From Planctomycetota bacterium (GTDB lineage Bacteria; Planctomycetota; Planctomycetia; Pirellulales; UBA1268), in contig QWQH01000020.1 of assembly GCA_003670915.1 (NCBI GenBank), forward strand, positions 1 through 50,308: a stretch of 50,308 nucleotides of DNA, read 5' to 3'. The position numbers and the translations under genes were made by a program. The notes under the pieces are model-generated. The model was given only the letters and a program-made list of their open reading frames with translations. It made no database searches and had not been told where the DNA came from. Shown here one piece after another: positions 19,350-30,745 of the stretch. Within the stretch, counting starts at the first letter, position 1. The number at the start of each line of letters is the position of its first letter.

Positions 19350-19418
19350 GGAAGGATTCCTTCTGTGAAAGAGAGTGCGGATCGCACGCAACTGGGGGGA
19401 TCAAGTTATGGATGTGAT

Positions 19419-20627
19419 CTAAGGGTGCACATCGTGGCTTTCAGATGCCCCTCCAACGGGCGCGAGATCCCGTTGGATGTGGTCTGCATTGAGCGTGGAA
19501 ACCCAGAGTTGGCTACTCGTGCCCCGGCCTCCCGTGGCATTGCGACTGGCCGTCCACATCAGCAGGTTGCCATCCGGCGAAAACGCGGGCAAAACGTCGG
19601 CCCCCTCGTGGTCCGTGAGCCGCAACGGCTGGCCGATACGAAAGTCAGTTGCTGCCTCGCTTGCCGGAGCAATTCCATCAGCGGGCTTCTTCGTTGGGTC
19701 GGCCCGGACATGGCCAGAGCTGAACCGGGCCACCCACAGATCGTAGTTGGGCCGAGCGGTGGGGTCGGAATGATCGGCCCCCGTCCAGATCAGCCACGGT
19801 TTTGTGGGATGCCAGTACGGCGCCCATCGCACACCTTTTCCACGGGTTAAGGCGACATCGTTCGAGCCGTCGGCACGCATCGCGTGAATCTGAAGCATGT
19901 CTTTTTCAACGCGGTCGGTGCGGTAGACAATCCACAGTCCGTCGGGTGAAAAAAAAGGTCCACCGTCGTAGCCCGGCTGGTTCGTGAGTTGCCGCACGCC
20001 TGAGCCATCGGCTTGCATCACGTAGATATCTGGATCACCATCCCGATCGCTGACAAACAAAATCTGCCGGCCATCGGGCGAGTACGAACATTCTGCATCG
20101 TAGCCCGCTGTGTGGGTGAGTTGCTGAAGGTCGCGGCCATCGGGACGCGCCGAAAAAATATCCATCTGCGGATCGAAATCCCATTGATAACGCCGCCGCC
20201 GACCGGTCCGGGCATCCTCCTCAGCCTGCGCCTTAGCCACTGCCTCGGTCTGGTCGAGGTTGGGATCGCGATGACTGGAAGCAAAGAGCAGCCGTTGGCC
20301 GCTGGGAGAAAAAAAGCAGCAAGTGGTTCGCCCGCGTCCGGTGCTGATGCGTTGCGGCACGGCAACGCGTGGGGCGGCCACATCGAATGGCTGCACGTAG
20401 ATCTGATAAAATGGATAGTCCGCAGGCACTCCCTGATAGCACACCTGCCGAGCATCGGGTGAGAAATACCCTTCCCCGGCCTTCGTCAGGCCATCTGTGA
20501 CACAGGTGGGGGGTGAAAGATAGCGTTGTTCGAGCGACACTGATGGCTCTGCCACGATGGTGGCAGTCGGCATGCAGGCAGCAACAACAAGGCAAGACAG
20601 CGAGTGTGGGTTGAAGGTTTTTCTCAT
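19419..20627 (-). CDS. TolB-like WD40/PD40 beta-propeller protein, probable lipoprotein
   Basis: Repeated FSPDG...(L)FxSdRdG PD40 units and an N-terminal MRKTFNPHSLSCLVVAAC lipobox-like signal. Start set at 20627 so it does not run into the divergent adenosyltransferase gene. Confidence 0.8.
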   Translation of the reverse strand: MRKTFNPHSLSCLVVAACMPTATIVAEPSVSLEQRYLSPPTCVTDGLTKAGEGYFSPDARQVCYQGVPADYPFYQIYVQPFDVAAPRVAVPQRISTGRGRTTCCFFSPSGQRLLFASSHRDPNLDQTEAVAKAQAEEDARTGRRRRYQWDFDPQMDIFSARPDGRDLQQLTHTAGYDAECSYSPDGRQILFVSDRDGDPDIYVMQADGSGVRQLTNQPGYDGGPFFSPDGLWIVYRTDRVEKDMLQIHAMRADGSNDVALTRGKGVRWAPYWHPTKPWLIWTGADHSDPTARPNYDLWVARFSSGHVRADPTKKPADGIAPASEAATDFRIGQPLRLTDHEGADVLPAFSPDGNLLMWTASRNATGGRGTSSQLWVSTLNADHIQRDLAPVGGASESHDVHP

Positions 20628-20696
20628 GGCCGTAAGTATAGACTGCACGGAAAGACACAGAGGCCGCTGCGGCACAGGACCAAGAATACAAAAACC

Positions 20697-21236
20697 ATGA
20701 AAATTTACACAAAGACGGGCGATGCTGGTGAAACGGGCCTCTTTGGCGGGCCGCGTGTGCGGAAGGATCACGCGAGAATCGAGGCGTTCGGAACGGTAGA
20801 CGAACTCAACAGCCACTTGGGATTGGTGCGAACAATTTCTGGGGCCGCTGCGATTGACGCATTGCTGCGGGCTGTGCAGTGCGAGCTTTTCGATCTGGGC
20901 GCGCAGCTCGCTACGCCCGGTGCTTCCGTTGAGCGGATCGGCGTGCACCACGTGGAATCGTTGGAGGCATCAATCGACCATTACGAAGAGACTCTGGATC
21001 CGCTGGCGTGCTTTATTTTGCCAACCGGCACGCCGCTGGCAGCGGCCATTCATGTGGCCCGAACGGTCTGCCGTCGAGCGGAGCGACGCATCGTGAAGCT
21101 GGCATCGCAGCCCGATACGGCGATCCCAGCCAACGCCATCGAATACATGAACCGACTCGGAGATTTGCTGTTTGTTTTGGCGAGGTTTACCAACAAACAG
21201 GAGCGTGTTGCGGATGATCCATGGCATCCGGCTTAA
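20697..21236 (+). CDS. ATP:cob(I)alamin adenosyltransferase, PduO type
   Basis: MKIYTKTGDAGETGLFGGPRVRKDHARIEAFGTVDELNSHLG is the canonical PduO/MMAB N-terminus. Confidence 0.85.
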   Translation: MKIYTKTGDAGETGLFGGPRVRKDHARIEAFGTVDELNSHLGLVRTISGAAAIDALLRAVQCELFDLGAQLATPGASVERIGVHHVESLEASIDHYEETLDPLACFILPTGTPLAAAIHVARTVCRRAERRIVKLASQPDTAIPANAIEYMNRLGDLLFVLARFTNKQERVADDPWHPA

Positions 21237-23856
21237 GCCCCGAGCAGCCGTTGTGGATGCGGCCCAATCGCTCGCGGAATTCCGCAAGACAATCGCCTCG
21301 CAGCATGCCGCCGGCGCACCGGGGGTGCAAACCGGTGCGCTCGCCACCGACCTACTCGACTGCATGGTGTGCGAAGTCTGGCGATCGATCGTGGCAGAAC
21401 TGCCAGCCGAGTCAGCCGACAGGGTTCGCAGCCACGTCGTGCTCGTGGCACACAGCGGGTATGGTCGCCGCGAAATGTCGCCGTATTCCGATCTCGACAT
21501 CATGCTCCTGCACGATTCCCACGCAGGTCCTGTCGTGGGGGACGTGGCTCGGCAGTTGCTTCAGGATCTCTTCGATGCGGGGATGGACGTCGGGCAGAGC
21601 GTGCGCACCCTCGGCGATGCGTGCCGCCTTGCGGCCGCCGACGCCACGATTTTGAGCGCGATGATCGATTGCCGCCCGCTGGCCGGCAACGTGGCATTGC
21701 TCGACCATTTCATGGCGAAGCTGCGCACGAATGCGAATCGCTTGCGTCGCCGCACCGCTGAACACCTGCTTGAGGCAAGGGCCCATGAGCGAGCAAAGTT
21801 CGGCCAGACGGTGTCGCTTCTGGAGCCGAACGTCAAGCGTTCGCCTGGAGGCTTGCGAGACATTCAGCTGGTGCGATGGCTGGGCTGGACGATGTGGGGG
21901 GAGTCGTCGATTGATACCCTCGCTCGAGCGGGCAAGCTGCTGCGGCCCGATGCCGACTGCCTCCGCGATGCATTGGAATTTTTGATGCGGCTGCGCAACG
22001 ATCTCCACCTCGCTGCTGGCCGCTCGGTCGACGATCTCACTCGCGACGAGCAACTCCGGATCGCGCACGCGCGGGGCGTTGATTCGCACGAGGGCTTGCT
22101 GGGAGTGGAACGGTTCATGCGAGACTATTTCCACCACACCAAGGAGGTTGCGCACGTGCTGGAGAACGTGCGGCTGAGCTGCCAGCGGCCGCACTCGATT
22201 CGGCACTGGTGGGGAGCGATTCTGGGCCATCGGGTGGATGGCCTGTTTCGCGTTGGACCCCGGGAGATCGCGGCCCTCTCCGGGACCAAGAGCCGGGTGG
22301 CCGGCAGCCTTTCCTTGACGGTGCGGTTGGTGGAGTTATCGCTGCTCTATGACCTGCCAATCGACCATGCCACGTGGGAGGCCGTTCGGGGAGCGGGCAG
22401 CCGTGGCTCAAGCCAGCCGGTGGATGCCGATACCAACGCTCGATTTCTGTCCCTCTTTGGGCATTCTGGGCAGCTCGCCGAAGCGCTGCGTCGGCTGCAT
22501 TCGGTGCGGCTCTTGGAAAAAATAATTCCCCAGTTTGGGCACGCAAGAGACCTCCTGCAATTCAATAACTACCACAAGTACACGGTGGATGAGCACTGCA
22601 TTCTCGCCGTTGAGCGGGCCGTGAATCTGGCCGGTGACGCTGGCTGGCTGGGGACTGTGTGGCGGCAAATTAAGCGGAAGCGCACGGTGCTTTTGGCACT
22701 ACTCATTCACGATTTAGGCAAGGGGTTCATGGAGGACCACAGCGACGTGGGCGCGGCAATCGCCCGCGATGTCGCCAGCCGTTTGTCGCTCCCCGCCGAT
22801 GAGGCTGAGATTCTTGAGTTTCTGGTACAGAAACATTTAGTGATGGCCCAACTGGCCTTTCGCCGGGATCTGGGGGACAGCAGCTTGGTGCTGCGGTTTG
22901 CCTGCGACGTGGGCTCTCCGGAAGTACTCCACATGCTTGCGATCCTCACGGCGGCTGACGTCAGCGCTGTTGGGCCAGGCACGTGGACTCGGTGGAAAGC
23001 CGATCTACTCGGTGAGCTTTACTTTCAGACGCTGGGGTATCTGGATGGAGAGAGCCCTTCGGTCCACGCAGATCGCAACAGCCGTTCGCTTGAAAAGCTG
23101 CTAGCCGAATGGGAGCCTGATGATCTGGTGGTGCGGTTGGCCCAGCAGTTACCTCGCGCCTATCTCCACACCACAGAGCCGGCTCGGATTGTGGAGGAAC
23201 TGCGACAGTTGTCTCGATTGCCGGCCAGCGGCGTCTTCGTCGCGACCCGATGGCAATCCAACACCGCCACCGTGGCCGTCACCGTGGGCACCCGGGAGAA
23301 CGTTGCCCCAGGCGTTTTTCACCGGCTCGCAGGCGCCCTTGCCAGCCAGCGTCTGGAAATTCTCGCGGCCGATATTCACACGTTGGAAGGTCGCCTCGTG
23401 ATCGATCACTTTATCGTTCAGGATCCCGACTTCACAGGAGCACCTCCCCCAGAGCGACTGGTGGAGATTGCCGATACGATCCGGGCTGCGCTCAAGGCCG
23501 ATCGCGCCCCGCTTTTTGCAAGGCGGTGGAATCCACTTGTCCCCCAGATGAATCCAGCCACGCTGCCTCCCGTACGCGTGCTTTTCGATAACGAAAGCTC
23601 GGAATACTCAACCATTATTGAAGTGTTTGCCCACGACTCGATCGGCTTGCTGTACTCGATTGCCAAAACGCTTTTTGAGGCGGGCCTTTCCGTGCAGGCC
23701 GCAAAAATCGGCACCTACCTCGATCAGGTCGTGGACGCCTTTCATGTGACTGATGCCGAGGGGCACAAGATCATCGATCCCCAGCGGTTGGCTGCTGTAC
23801 GGAGCCGTCTGGAGCAGGTAGCGGCACCGCTTACGGCTCCGTTGCCTCCGGCATAA
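21214..23856 (+). CDS. glnD: [protein-PII] uridylyltransferase / uridylyl-removing enzyme
   Basis: Nucleotidyltransferase region GYGRREMSPYSDLDIMLL, HD domain LLIHDLGKG, and two C-terminal ACT-like repeats. AGGAG lies ~10 nt upstream of the ATG at 21214. It overlaps the previous gene by 23 nt. Confidence 0.85.
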   Translation: MIHGIRLKPRAAVVDAAQSLAEFRKTIASQHAAGAPGVQTGALATDLLDCMVCEVWRSIVAELPAESADRVRSHVVLVAHSGYGRREMSPYSDLDIMLLHDSHAGPVVGDVARQLLQDLFDAGMDVGQSVRTLGDACRLAAADATILSAMIDCRPLAGNVALLDHFMAKLRTNANRLRRRTAEHLLEARAHERAKFGQTVSLLEPNVKRSPGGLRDIQLVRWLGWTMWGESSIDTLARAGKLLRPDADCLRDALEFLMRLRNDLHLAAGRSVDDLTRDEQLRIAHARGVDSHEGLLGVERFMRDYFHHTKEVAHVLENVRLSCQRPHSIRHWWGAILGHRVDGLFRVGPREIAALSGTKSRVAGSLSLTVRLVELSLLYDLPIDHATWEAVRGAGSRGSSQPVDADTNARFLSLFGHSGQLAEALRRLHSVRLLEKIIPQFGHARDLLQFNNYHKYTVDEHCILAVERAVNLAGDAGWLGTVWRQIKRKRTVLLALLIHDLGKGFMEDHSDVGAAIARDVASRLSLPADEAEILEFLVQKHLVMAQLAFRRDLGDSSLVLRFACDVGSPEVLHMLAILTAADVSAVGPGTWTRWKADLLGELYFQTLGYLDGESPSVHADRNSRSLEKLLAEWEPDDLVVRLAQQLPRAYLHTTEPARIVEELRQLSRLPASGVFVATRWQSNTATVAVTVGTRENVAPGVFHRLAGALASQRLEILAADIHTLEGRLVIDHFIVQDPDFTGAPPPERLVEIADTIRAALKADRAPLFARRWNPLVPQMNPATLPPVRVLFDNESSEYSTIIEVFAHDSIGLLYSIAKTLFEAGLSVQAAKIGTYLDQVVDAFHVTDAEGHKIIDPQRLAAVRSRLEQVAAPLTAPLPPA

Positions 23857-25357
23857 CAGCCGGCGGCAGTGAGGGCTCGTTTTGCGATGAAAGGAGTTCA
23901 CGGCCACTCAGCGAGAGCATCCGTGCCCGCCACATTGTTTCAAACTGGTTGATTGGCATACCCACGAGTTGCTCAAATTGTTGGATTGGCTCAATGCGGT
24001 CCGTTGGGGCTACGAGCGCCTCGATCGCCGCTGGCGAAAGCAGTGGATCCAAGAGTGCCAGATGAAATGCCAGCCCCCAAGACATGAGATAGACCTGCCG
24101 GCTGGTGGAGGCCGCGCCGCTGTGCCCAATCAAGAACTGCTCCTGATCTGCACAGAGCACGTGGGCCAGTGGCGGCGACTGTCCGCTGTGGAGCAGTTCC
24201 TGAAGCAGAATGAGCCTGTTCGGGTCGGCAGCGTCCAGCCGCAGTTCGCCGGCCTCGATCACGGCTGTTTCAAAAACCTGTGCGAGGCCCTCGTCCAGCC
24301 ACAGAGGTAGGCTGCCACCGGCACTCTTCACCCATCGGCTGTCGGCGTACGCATGCCACGATTCATGGGCCAGCCACCCGTAGAAGGATTGTCTGGCAAC
24401 TGCAACGTTCGCCGCATTGTGGCGTCGCGCCGCTTCGATCCTGGCTCGTGCCTGGGATTGCTCGCGTTGCCAACGGAGGCGTGTGCGAGTCACGATTTCA
24501 CTTCGCTGTCGCACGGGAACGCCCTGCTTGTCGAGATCTGCCGCCAGGCGGCGGATGCCCTCGTCGAGCGTACGATCCAGTTCGGAGTAGCGTTGCTCCG
24601 TCGCGGCAAGTGCTTCGCTTGCAATGCGTTCTTGCTCGATTACGGCAGGCATGTCGCTGCCAGCTACGAGCAGCCGGCGAGAGGGCACGTAGAATGCCGG
24701 GTTTGCCACGCGGATGCCAATCTCGGACTGCAAGGCCTTGTATTCACTGGCCGTCCCGCACAATCGAACTCTGAGCGTGGCTGGAGGGGGGCTTGGGTTG
24801 GCATCGCTTGTGCGGAGTGGCAAGAGAGCTTGCAGAGCGTCGAACATCTGCGTCAGCCTGACGATCGACTGTCGCGTGAGGCGCGGATCGGCGGTGCTCT
24901 CCACCGCGAACCACTCCCCTTCGTAGCACCATGCCTCAGCATTCGGATCGCCCGATGGCTTGCGGGCCAAGTGGATCGCAGCTTCTGCGTTACCGCGGAT
25001 GTCGCCTCGGTCGCGAAAAGCCTGTACTCGTTCCTTGAGTAACGCATGTTCGGCGGGAGGAAGTCGCTCGACTGAGTGGATGCGATCGGCCCCCACGCGG
25101 GCCCATGCGATGAGATACATCGGCTTTCCCGGCGGTCGCACCACCTGCACAAAGCCCACGTCACTGCTCGCGTCCAGCGGATCGGGATCGATGACGAGTC
25201 CAGCCAAGTGCCTGCCGTCGGTCAGTTCAATCGACTCGAGTTTCCATGCGGCGGTTGTCAGGCTTCGCGGTTCGTCGGTAAACGCTGCAGGCGGCACGAT
25301 CGCCAAGCAGCCTGCCAAGCACCATCCAAACATCTTTGAAACTGTTTTCAAACGCAT
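23831..25357 (-). CDS. secreted MA-clan metallopeptidase-like protein (DUF1570/peptidase_MA-like)
   Basis: Signal peptide MRLKTVSKMFGWCLAGCLAIVPPAAF. HExxH as WLAHESWHAY, with a downstream LWLDEGLAQVFE (third-ligand Glu context). Confidence 0.65.
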   Translation of the reverse strand: MRLKTVSKMFGWCLAGCLAIVPPAAFTDEPRSLTTAAWKLESIELTDGRHLAGLVIDPDPLDASSDVGFVQVVRPPGKPMYLIAWARVGADRIHSVERLPPAEHALLKERVQAFRDRGDIRGNAEAAIHLARKPSGDPNAEAWCYEGEWFAVESTADPRLTRQSIVRLTQMFDALQALLPLRTSDANPSPPPATLRVRLCGTASEYKALQSEIGIRVANPAFYVPSRRLLVAGSDMPAVIEQERIASEALAATEQRYSELDRTLDEGIRRLAADLDKQGVPVRQRSEIVTRTRLRWQREQSQARARIEAARRHNAANVAVARQSFYGWLAHESWHAYADSRWVKSAGGSLPLWLDEGLAQVFETAVIEAGELRLDAADPNRLILLQELLHSGQSPPLAHVLCADQEQFLIGHSGAASTSRQVYLMSWGLAFHLALLDPLLSPAAIEALVAPTDRIEPIQQFEQLVGMPINQFETMWRARMLSLSGRELLSSQNEPSLPPAVMPEATEP

Positions 25358-25400
25358 GAACGACAGATGGAAGACATCTCCTCGCACAGCCTCCGACAGT

Positions 25401-25422
25401 GCCATTCCCGAAAGGGAATGGC
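25401..25422 (-). terminator. 9-bp perfect hairpin GCCATTCCC-GAAA-GGGAATGGC, 15 nt downstream of the xylA stop (no U-tract)
   Basis: Read directly. Its position after xylA and before the 25357 start argues against the longer 25405 start in the ORF track. Confidence 0.35.
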
Positions 25423-25436
25423 AGGATTGGTCGACA

Positions 25437-26771
<1,335 letters not shown>

Positions 26772-26775
26772 CGAT

Positions 26776-27708
26776 TCACTCCTGAGGGGGTCTACGAGCG
26801 GATGTGGATTGCTCCATACATACCGGCTCGGAGCTGGATTGTCTTGTGGCTTGCCGCTTCGCCGCCGTGGAGGCAAGAAGGAGGCGTCCCCAGTCTGGAA
26901 ACCACTCGATCAGACCAGCCAGCAGGCCGGCCGCACGCGGCACGACGAGTTCGCTGTGCCGTCGCTGGCATGCGGCGAGCACCCGCTCTGCCAACCAATC
27001 GGGATCCAGCGGCCTGAGAGTTGTGCCGCCGCCTGGTGCGTTGGCTTGAGCGGGTAGGTTGGCCCCGTGCACTTCCTGAGCGTAGCGAGGCAGTGAGGCA
27101 TCGGCTTGGCGGGGGTCGGACGATGCGCGGCGAATCGGCCCTGGCGAGACCAGCAGAATGTGCCAGCCGCGCGGCGAGAGCTCCAGCCGAACCGCATCGA
27201 CATAGGCGGCAAGTGCCGATTTCGCAACGCAGTAGGGACCCATGAAGGGCGTCACCAGTTTTCCAGACAGGCTGCCTACATAGACGATGCGGCTGCCGTT
27301 GGTCCGGCCGGCTTTGAGGTGCAAGTCGGCGAAGGCCCGCGTGATCTCCACAGCGGGCAGCAGGTTGGCATCCAGCCACGCGCGGAGTTCGTCAACGCCC
27401 GTGTTGAGGATCAGAGCGCGCCCCGAGCGGCCCACGCAGAAAAATAAATCATCCACACCGGCCAATAGCCTAGCAGCCTCGTCAACCACGCGATTGCCTT
27501 CGCCGGATTGGGTCAAGTCGGCTGCCAGGCCGTGCACCTGCTCGGGATCAACCCCAGAAGCCTCGATTGTCTCGATGGCTCTACGCACTCCCTCTGGGGA
27601 GCGGCCAACCACCAGTACGCTGGCCCCTGCTCTGGCCACGTGCCCCGCCAGCACCAGTCCAAATCCAGCGGTGCCTCCGGCAACGATCACACGACGTTTT
27701 TTCCACAT
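26776..27708 (-). CDS. short-chain dehydrogenase/reductase (SDR)
   Basis: [21 protein letters not shown] (TGxxxGxG) and catalytic YCVAKSAL (YxxxK). Its stop is 4 nt before the xylA ATG. Confidence 0.8.
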   Translation of the reverse strand: MWKKRRVIVAGGTAGFGLVLAGHVARAGASVLVVGRSPEGVRRAIETIEASGVDPEQVHGLAADLTQSGEGNRVVDEAARLLAGVDDLFFCVGRSGRALILNTGVDELRAWLDANLLPAVEITRAFADLHLKAGRTNGSRIVYVGSLSGKLVTPFMGPYCVAKSALAAYVDAVRLELSPRGWHILLVSPGPIRRASSDPRQADASLPRYAQEVHGANLPAQANAPGGGTTLRPLDPDWLAERVLAACQRRHSELVVPRAAGLLAGLIEWFPDWGRLLLASTAAKRQATRQSSSEPVCMEQSTSARRPPQE

Positions 27709-27896
27709 CTGGAACACCTCGGGCGCGGAGTGACTTGCGGGGCCTCGTGGCTCCGATCGAAACAGGCTACTGTACTCGGAAGGCGGCTGCGAGTGTGGTT
27801 CGTGAAGCTTTGCTTTCAATCGGATTCAAACTGCGGCGTTGCTGTCACAGTAGACCCGCCGTTCCCTCTCCCGTTGAATCATCAGGAAATTATCCA

Positions 27897-29459
27897 ATGA
27901 AAATGTTTGACAGCGACCGCAGGGCCTCAAAAGTTCCCAGAATTGCGGAGACTGCAAGCCGGCCGTTTGAAAGTCGCCAGACAGTCCGGACAAAGATTGT
28001 GGCCACGATTGGGCCAGCCTGCCGCGAAGAGGAATCCCTCCGCGGGCTGGTTGAAGCTGGCGTGGCGGTGTTTCGTCTGAACATGGCACACGGCTCGATT
28101 CCGGAACATCAGGAATCGCTCGACCGCATCCGTCGCGTGTCGGATGGCTTGGGGCGGCCGGTAGGAGTGCTTGTGGATCTGGCTGGACCAAAGATCAGGC
28201 TGGGCGAACTTCCTGGTGGTGCGATTGAATGCGCCGAGGGAGCGGAGTTTCGCTTTATACGCGGAAGTGAAACCCAGCAACCCGACGAATTTGTGACGAC
28301 GTACGCGACGCTTTTGGATGAGTTGACCGTGGGCGATGCTGTGATGCTGGCCGATGGCACGATCAGCCTCATCGTAGAGGAGTGTACGCCCACGTTTGCG
28401 AGGTGCCGCGTGGTGCAGCCTGGCCTGGTACGTAGCCGACAGGGAGTGAATCTGCCGGGCGTGAAACTCTCTGTGGCAGCCATGAGCGCGGCCGACTGGC
28501 AGCACGCCGAGTGGGCTGCCGGGGCGGGGGCCGACTTCGTGAGCCTTTCGTTTGTACGGTCGGCCGTGGAGGTCAAATTGCTCAAGGAACTGCTCCGTAC
28601 TCGCGGCTCGGTGGCGCGAGTGGTGGCCAAGATTGAAAAGCGAGAAGCGATCGACAACCTAGAGTCGATTGTGGATGCGGCCGATGTTGTGATGGTGGCT
28701 CGCGGCGATTTGGGTGTGGAAATCGACGTGGCAAGCATGCCGATGGTGCAGAAGCAGATCATCCGCGTGTGCCATCGCTATCAAAAGCCTGTGATCGTGG
28801 CGACTCAAATGCTGGACAGCATGCAGCACTCCCGCAGGCCAACGCGGGCCGAGACGACGGATGTAGCCAATGCAATTTTGGACGGGGCGGATGCCTGCAT
28901 GCTTTCCGGAGAGACAGCTATTGGGGAGCACCCCCGTCTGGTTGTGGAGATGATGCGGCGTATTGCAAGCGCCACAGAGCAGCAGTATCTGGAAGATAGG
29001 TGGCAGTATTTAGACGGTCATTTTTCAAAGTCGCGAGGACCCGTTGGCATTCCCGCCGCAGAGTTTTTACCACCGCCCGAATTTCTGGTGGAGGGCCTGC
29101 ATCCAATCACGCAGGCCGTTGTGGATGGCGCCAGCCGCATTGCAGCCGAACTCAACGCCAAGCTGGTTGTTGTGGCAAGTCGCAGCGGAGTCACGGCGAT
29201 TGCGAGGTCGAAGCGACGCGGTGCGGTGCCTACGATTGGCGTAAGCGATAGCGTGGCCACGCTCCGGCAGATGTCGCTCTACTGGGGCGTGACCCCGCTG
29301 GCTGCAGTTGAGTCGCCGGATATCAATGGGCTGCTGGAGCATGTGAGTGCTTGGGGGCTTCGCGAGGGCCGGTTGGAGCGTGGCGACCGGATTTTGTTGG
29401 TAGCAGGTATCGGATTTGGAACCGGTGGGCACAATATGGCGCTGGTGCATGAAGTGTGA
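27897..29459 (+). CDS. pyk: pyruvate kinase
   Basis: TKIVATIGPA, FRLNMAHGS, IVAKIEKREA, MVARGDLGVEI and ATQMLDSM motifs. Start trimmed from the track's 27567 to the ATG at 27897. Confidence 0.9.
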   Translation: MKMFDSDRRASKVPRIAETASRPFESRQTVRTKIVATIGPACREEESLRGLVEAGVAVFRLNMAHGSIPEHQESLDRIRRVSDGLGRPVGVLVDLAGPKIRLGELPGGAIECAEGAEFRFIRGSETQQPDEFVTTYATLLDELTVGDAVMLADGTISLIVEECTPTFARCRVVQPGLVRSRQGVNLPGVKLSVAAMSAADWQHAEWAAGAGADFVSLSFVRSAVEVKLLKELLRTRGSVARVVAKIEKREAIDNLESIVDAADVVMVARGDLGVEIDVASMPMVQKQIIRVCHRYQKPVIVATQMLDSMQHSRRPTRAETTDVANAILDGADACMLSGETAIGEHPRLVVEMMRRIASATEQQYLEDRWQYLDGHFSKSRGPVGIPAAEFLPPPEFLVEGLHPITQAVVDGASRIAAELNAKLVVVASRSGVTAIARSKRRGAVPTIGVSDSVATLRQMSLYWGVTPLAAVESPDINGLLEHVSAWGLREGRLERGDRILLVAGIGFGTGGHNMALVHEV

Positions 29460-29521
29460 TGTGGCTGCGACGGCCAACGTAAGGCAACGCAGAACGAATC
29501 GATGACGAACAGGAGTGGTGG

Positions 29522-30736
29522 ATGAAGAAGAAATGCGTGCTGGCCTACTCGGGCGGTTTGGACACATCGGTGATCCTCGGGTGGCTTATCGAACAGGGCT
29601 ACGATGTGATCGCCGTGTACGTCGACTTGGGACAGCCCTGCGAGGATCGTGATGCCACGCTGGCAAAGGCGAGAGACTGCGGTGCGTCGCAGTCGATGAT
29701 CGTGGATGTGCGAGAAGAGCTTTGCCGCGATTTCGCATTTCCGGTGATGCAGTGGCAGGCCCGCTACGAAGGCACCTACCTGTTGGGCACGTCAATAGCT
29801 CGGCCGCTCATCAGCAAGGTGTGCGTGGAGATCGCGCACCGCGAAGGAGCCACTGTGTATGCGCACGGTGCCACAGGCAAAGGAAACGACCAGTGTCGCT
29901 TTCAGTTGGCCGCCGAGGCGCTCGATCCCGCCATCACCGTCCTGGCTCCTTGGCGGATTCCAGAATTCCGCGAGCGTTTTCCTGGTCGCACCGAACTCAT
30001 AGAGTTTTGCGAAACCAGAAACATTCCCGTCAAAGCATCCAAGGGCAAGCCGTACAGTTCCGACGAAAACTGCCTCCACACCAGCTACGAAGCTGGGCTG
30101 CTTGAGGAACTCACCACGGATGGCTTTGGTCTCGTGGAGTTTGGCATGACGGTATCGCCACAAGTTGCTCCCGATCGAGTCGAGATGGTGCGGATCGATT
30201 TTGAATCGGGCGTGCCGGTCCGCGTGAACGGAAAGCGACTTGCGGCACACGAGATCGTGCTCGCGCTCAATGAGATCGGTGGACGCAACGGCGTCGGCCG
30301 CAGCGACATCGTCGAAAATAGACTCGTCGGCATGAAGAGTCGCGGCGTGTATGAGGCCCCGGGCATGACCTTGCTCTACGAAGCTCATCGGCTCGTTGAA
30401 CAAATGACGCTCGACCGGGATCTGGTGCACCTGCGCGACCAGTTGGCTCCAGTCGTTGCTGAGGCGGTCTATTACGGATTCTGGTACTGCGCCAAAATGG
30501 ATGCCTTGTTGGCATTTATTAGAGAAACGCAGAAGCCCGTGTCGGGTTCGGTGGAACTGAACCTGTACAAAGGCAACATGCTGGTGCAGAGTCGGTCCAG
30601 CCCGCAGAGCCTTTACGATGCGGCGATTGCATCGATGGAGGGAGGCGGATCGTATGACCAGAGCGACGCGGAGGGGTTCCTGAGAATTTTGGGGTTGCCT
30701 TTGCGGGTGCAGGGGCAGGTGCGGCCGCGCGTGTGA
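29522..30736 (+). CDS. argG: argininosuccinate synthase
   Basis: AYSGGLDTS PP-loop and GATGKGNDQCRF, collinear over its full length. GGAG lies upstream of the ATG. Confidence 0.95.
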   Translation: MKKKCVLAYSGGLDTSVILGWLIEQGYDVIAVYVDLGQPCEDRDATLAKARDCGASQSMIVDVREELCRDFAFPVMQWQARYEGTYLLGTSIARPLISKVCVEIAHREGATVYAHGATGKGNDQCRFQLAAEALDPAITVLAPWRIPEFRERFPGRTELIEFCETRNIPVKASKGKPYSSDENCLHTSYEAGLLEELTTDGFGLVEFGMTVSPQVAPDRVEMVRIDFESGVPVRVNGKRLAAHEIVLALNEIGGRNGVGRSDIVENRLVGMKSRGVYEAPGMTLLYEAHRLVEQMTLDRDLVHLRDQLAPVVAEAVYYGFWYCAKMDALLAFIRETQKPVSGSVELNLYKGNMLVQSRSSPQSLYDAAIASMEGGGSYDQSDAEGFLRILGLPLRVQGQVRPRV

Positions 30737-30745
30737 GGCCAAAAT

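Noticed and set aside
21412-22230. 272-aa minus-strand ORF and other internal ORFs within glnD
   Set aside because: Antisense or alternative-frame to the collinear GlnD match.
27567-27896. N-terminal extensions in the ORF track (here pyk; likewise 937, 3594, 8245, 8277, 16493, 19391, 20951, 25405, 26876, 27819, 31821, 36720 and 43367)
   Set aside because: The extensions overlap neighbouring genes or promoters, lack homology to the family N-termini, and have Arg/Pro/Trp-rich composition. Internal ATG/GTG codons give canonical N-termini.
29792-30742. 316-aa minus-strand ORF
   Set aside because: Antisense to argG across its whole length. Arg/His-rich with no recognisable domain.
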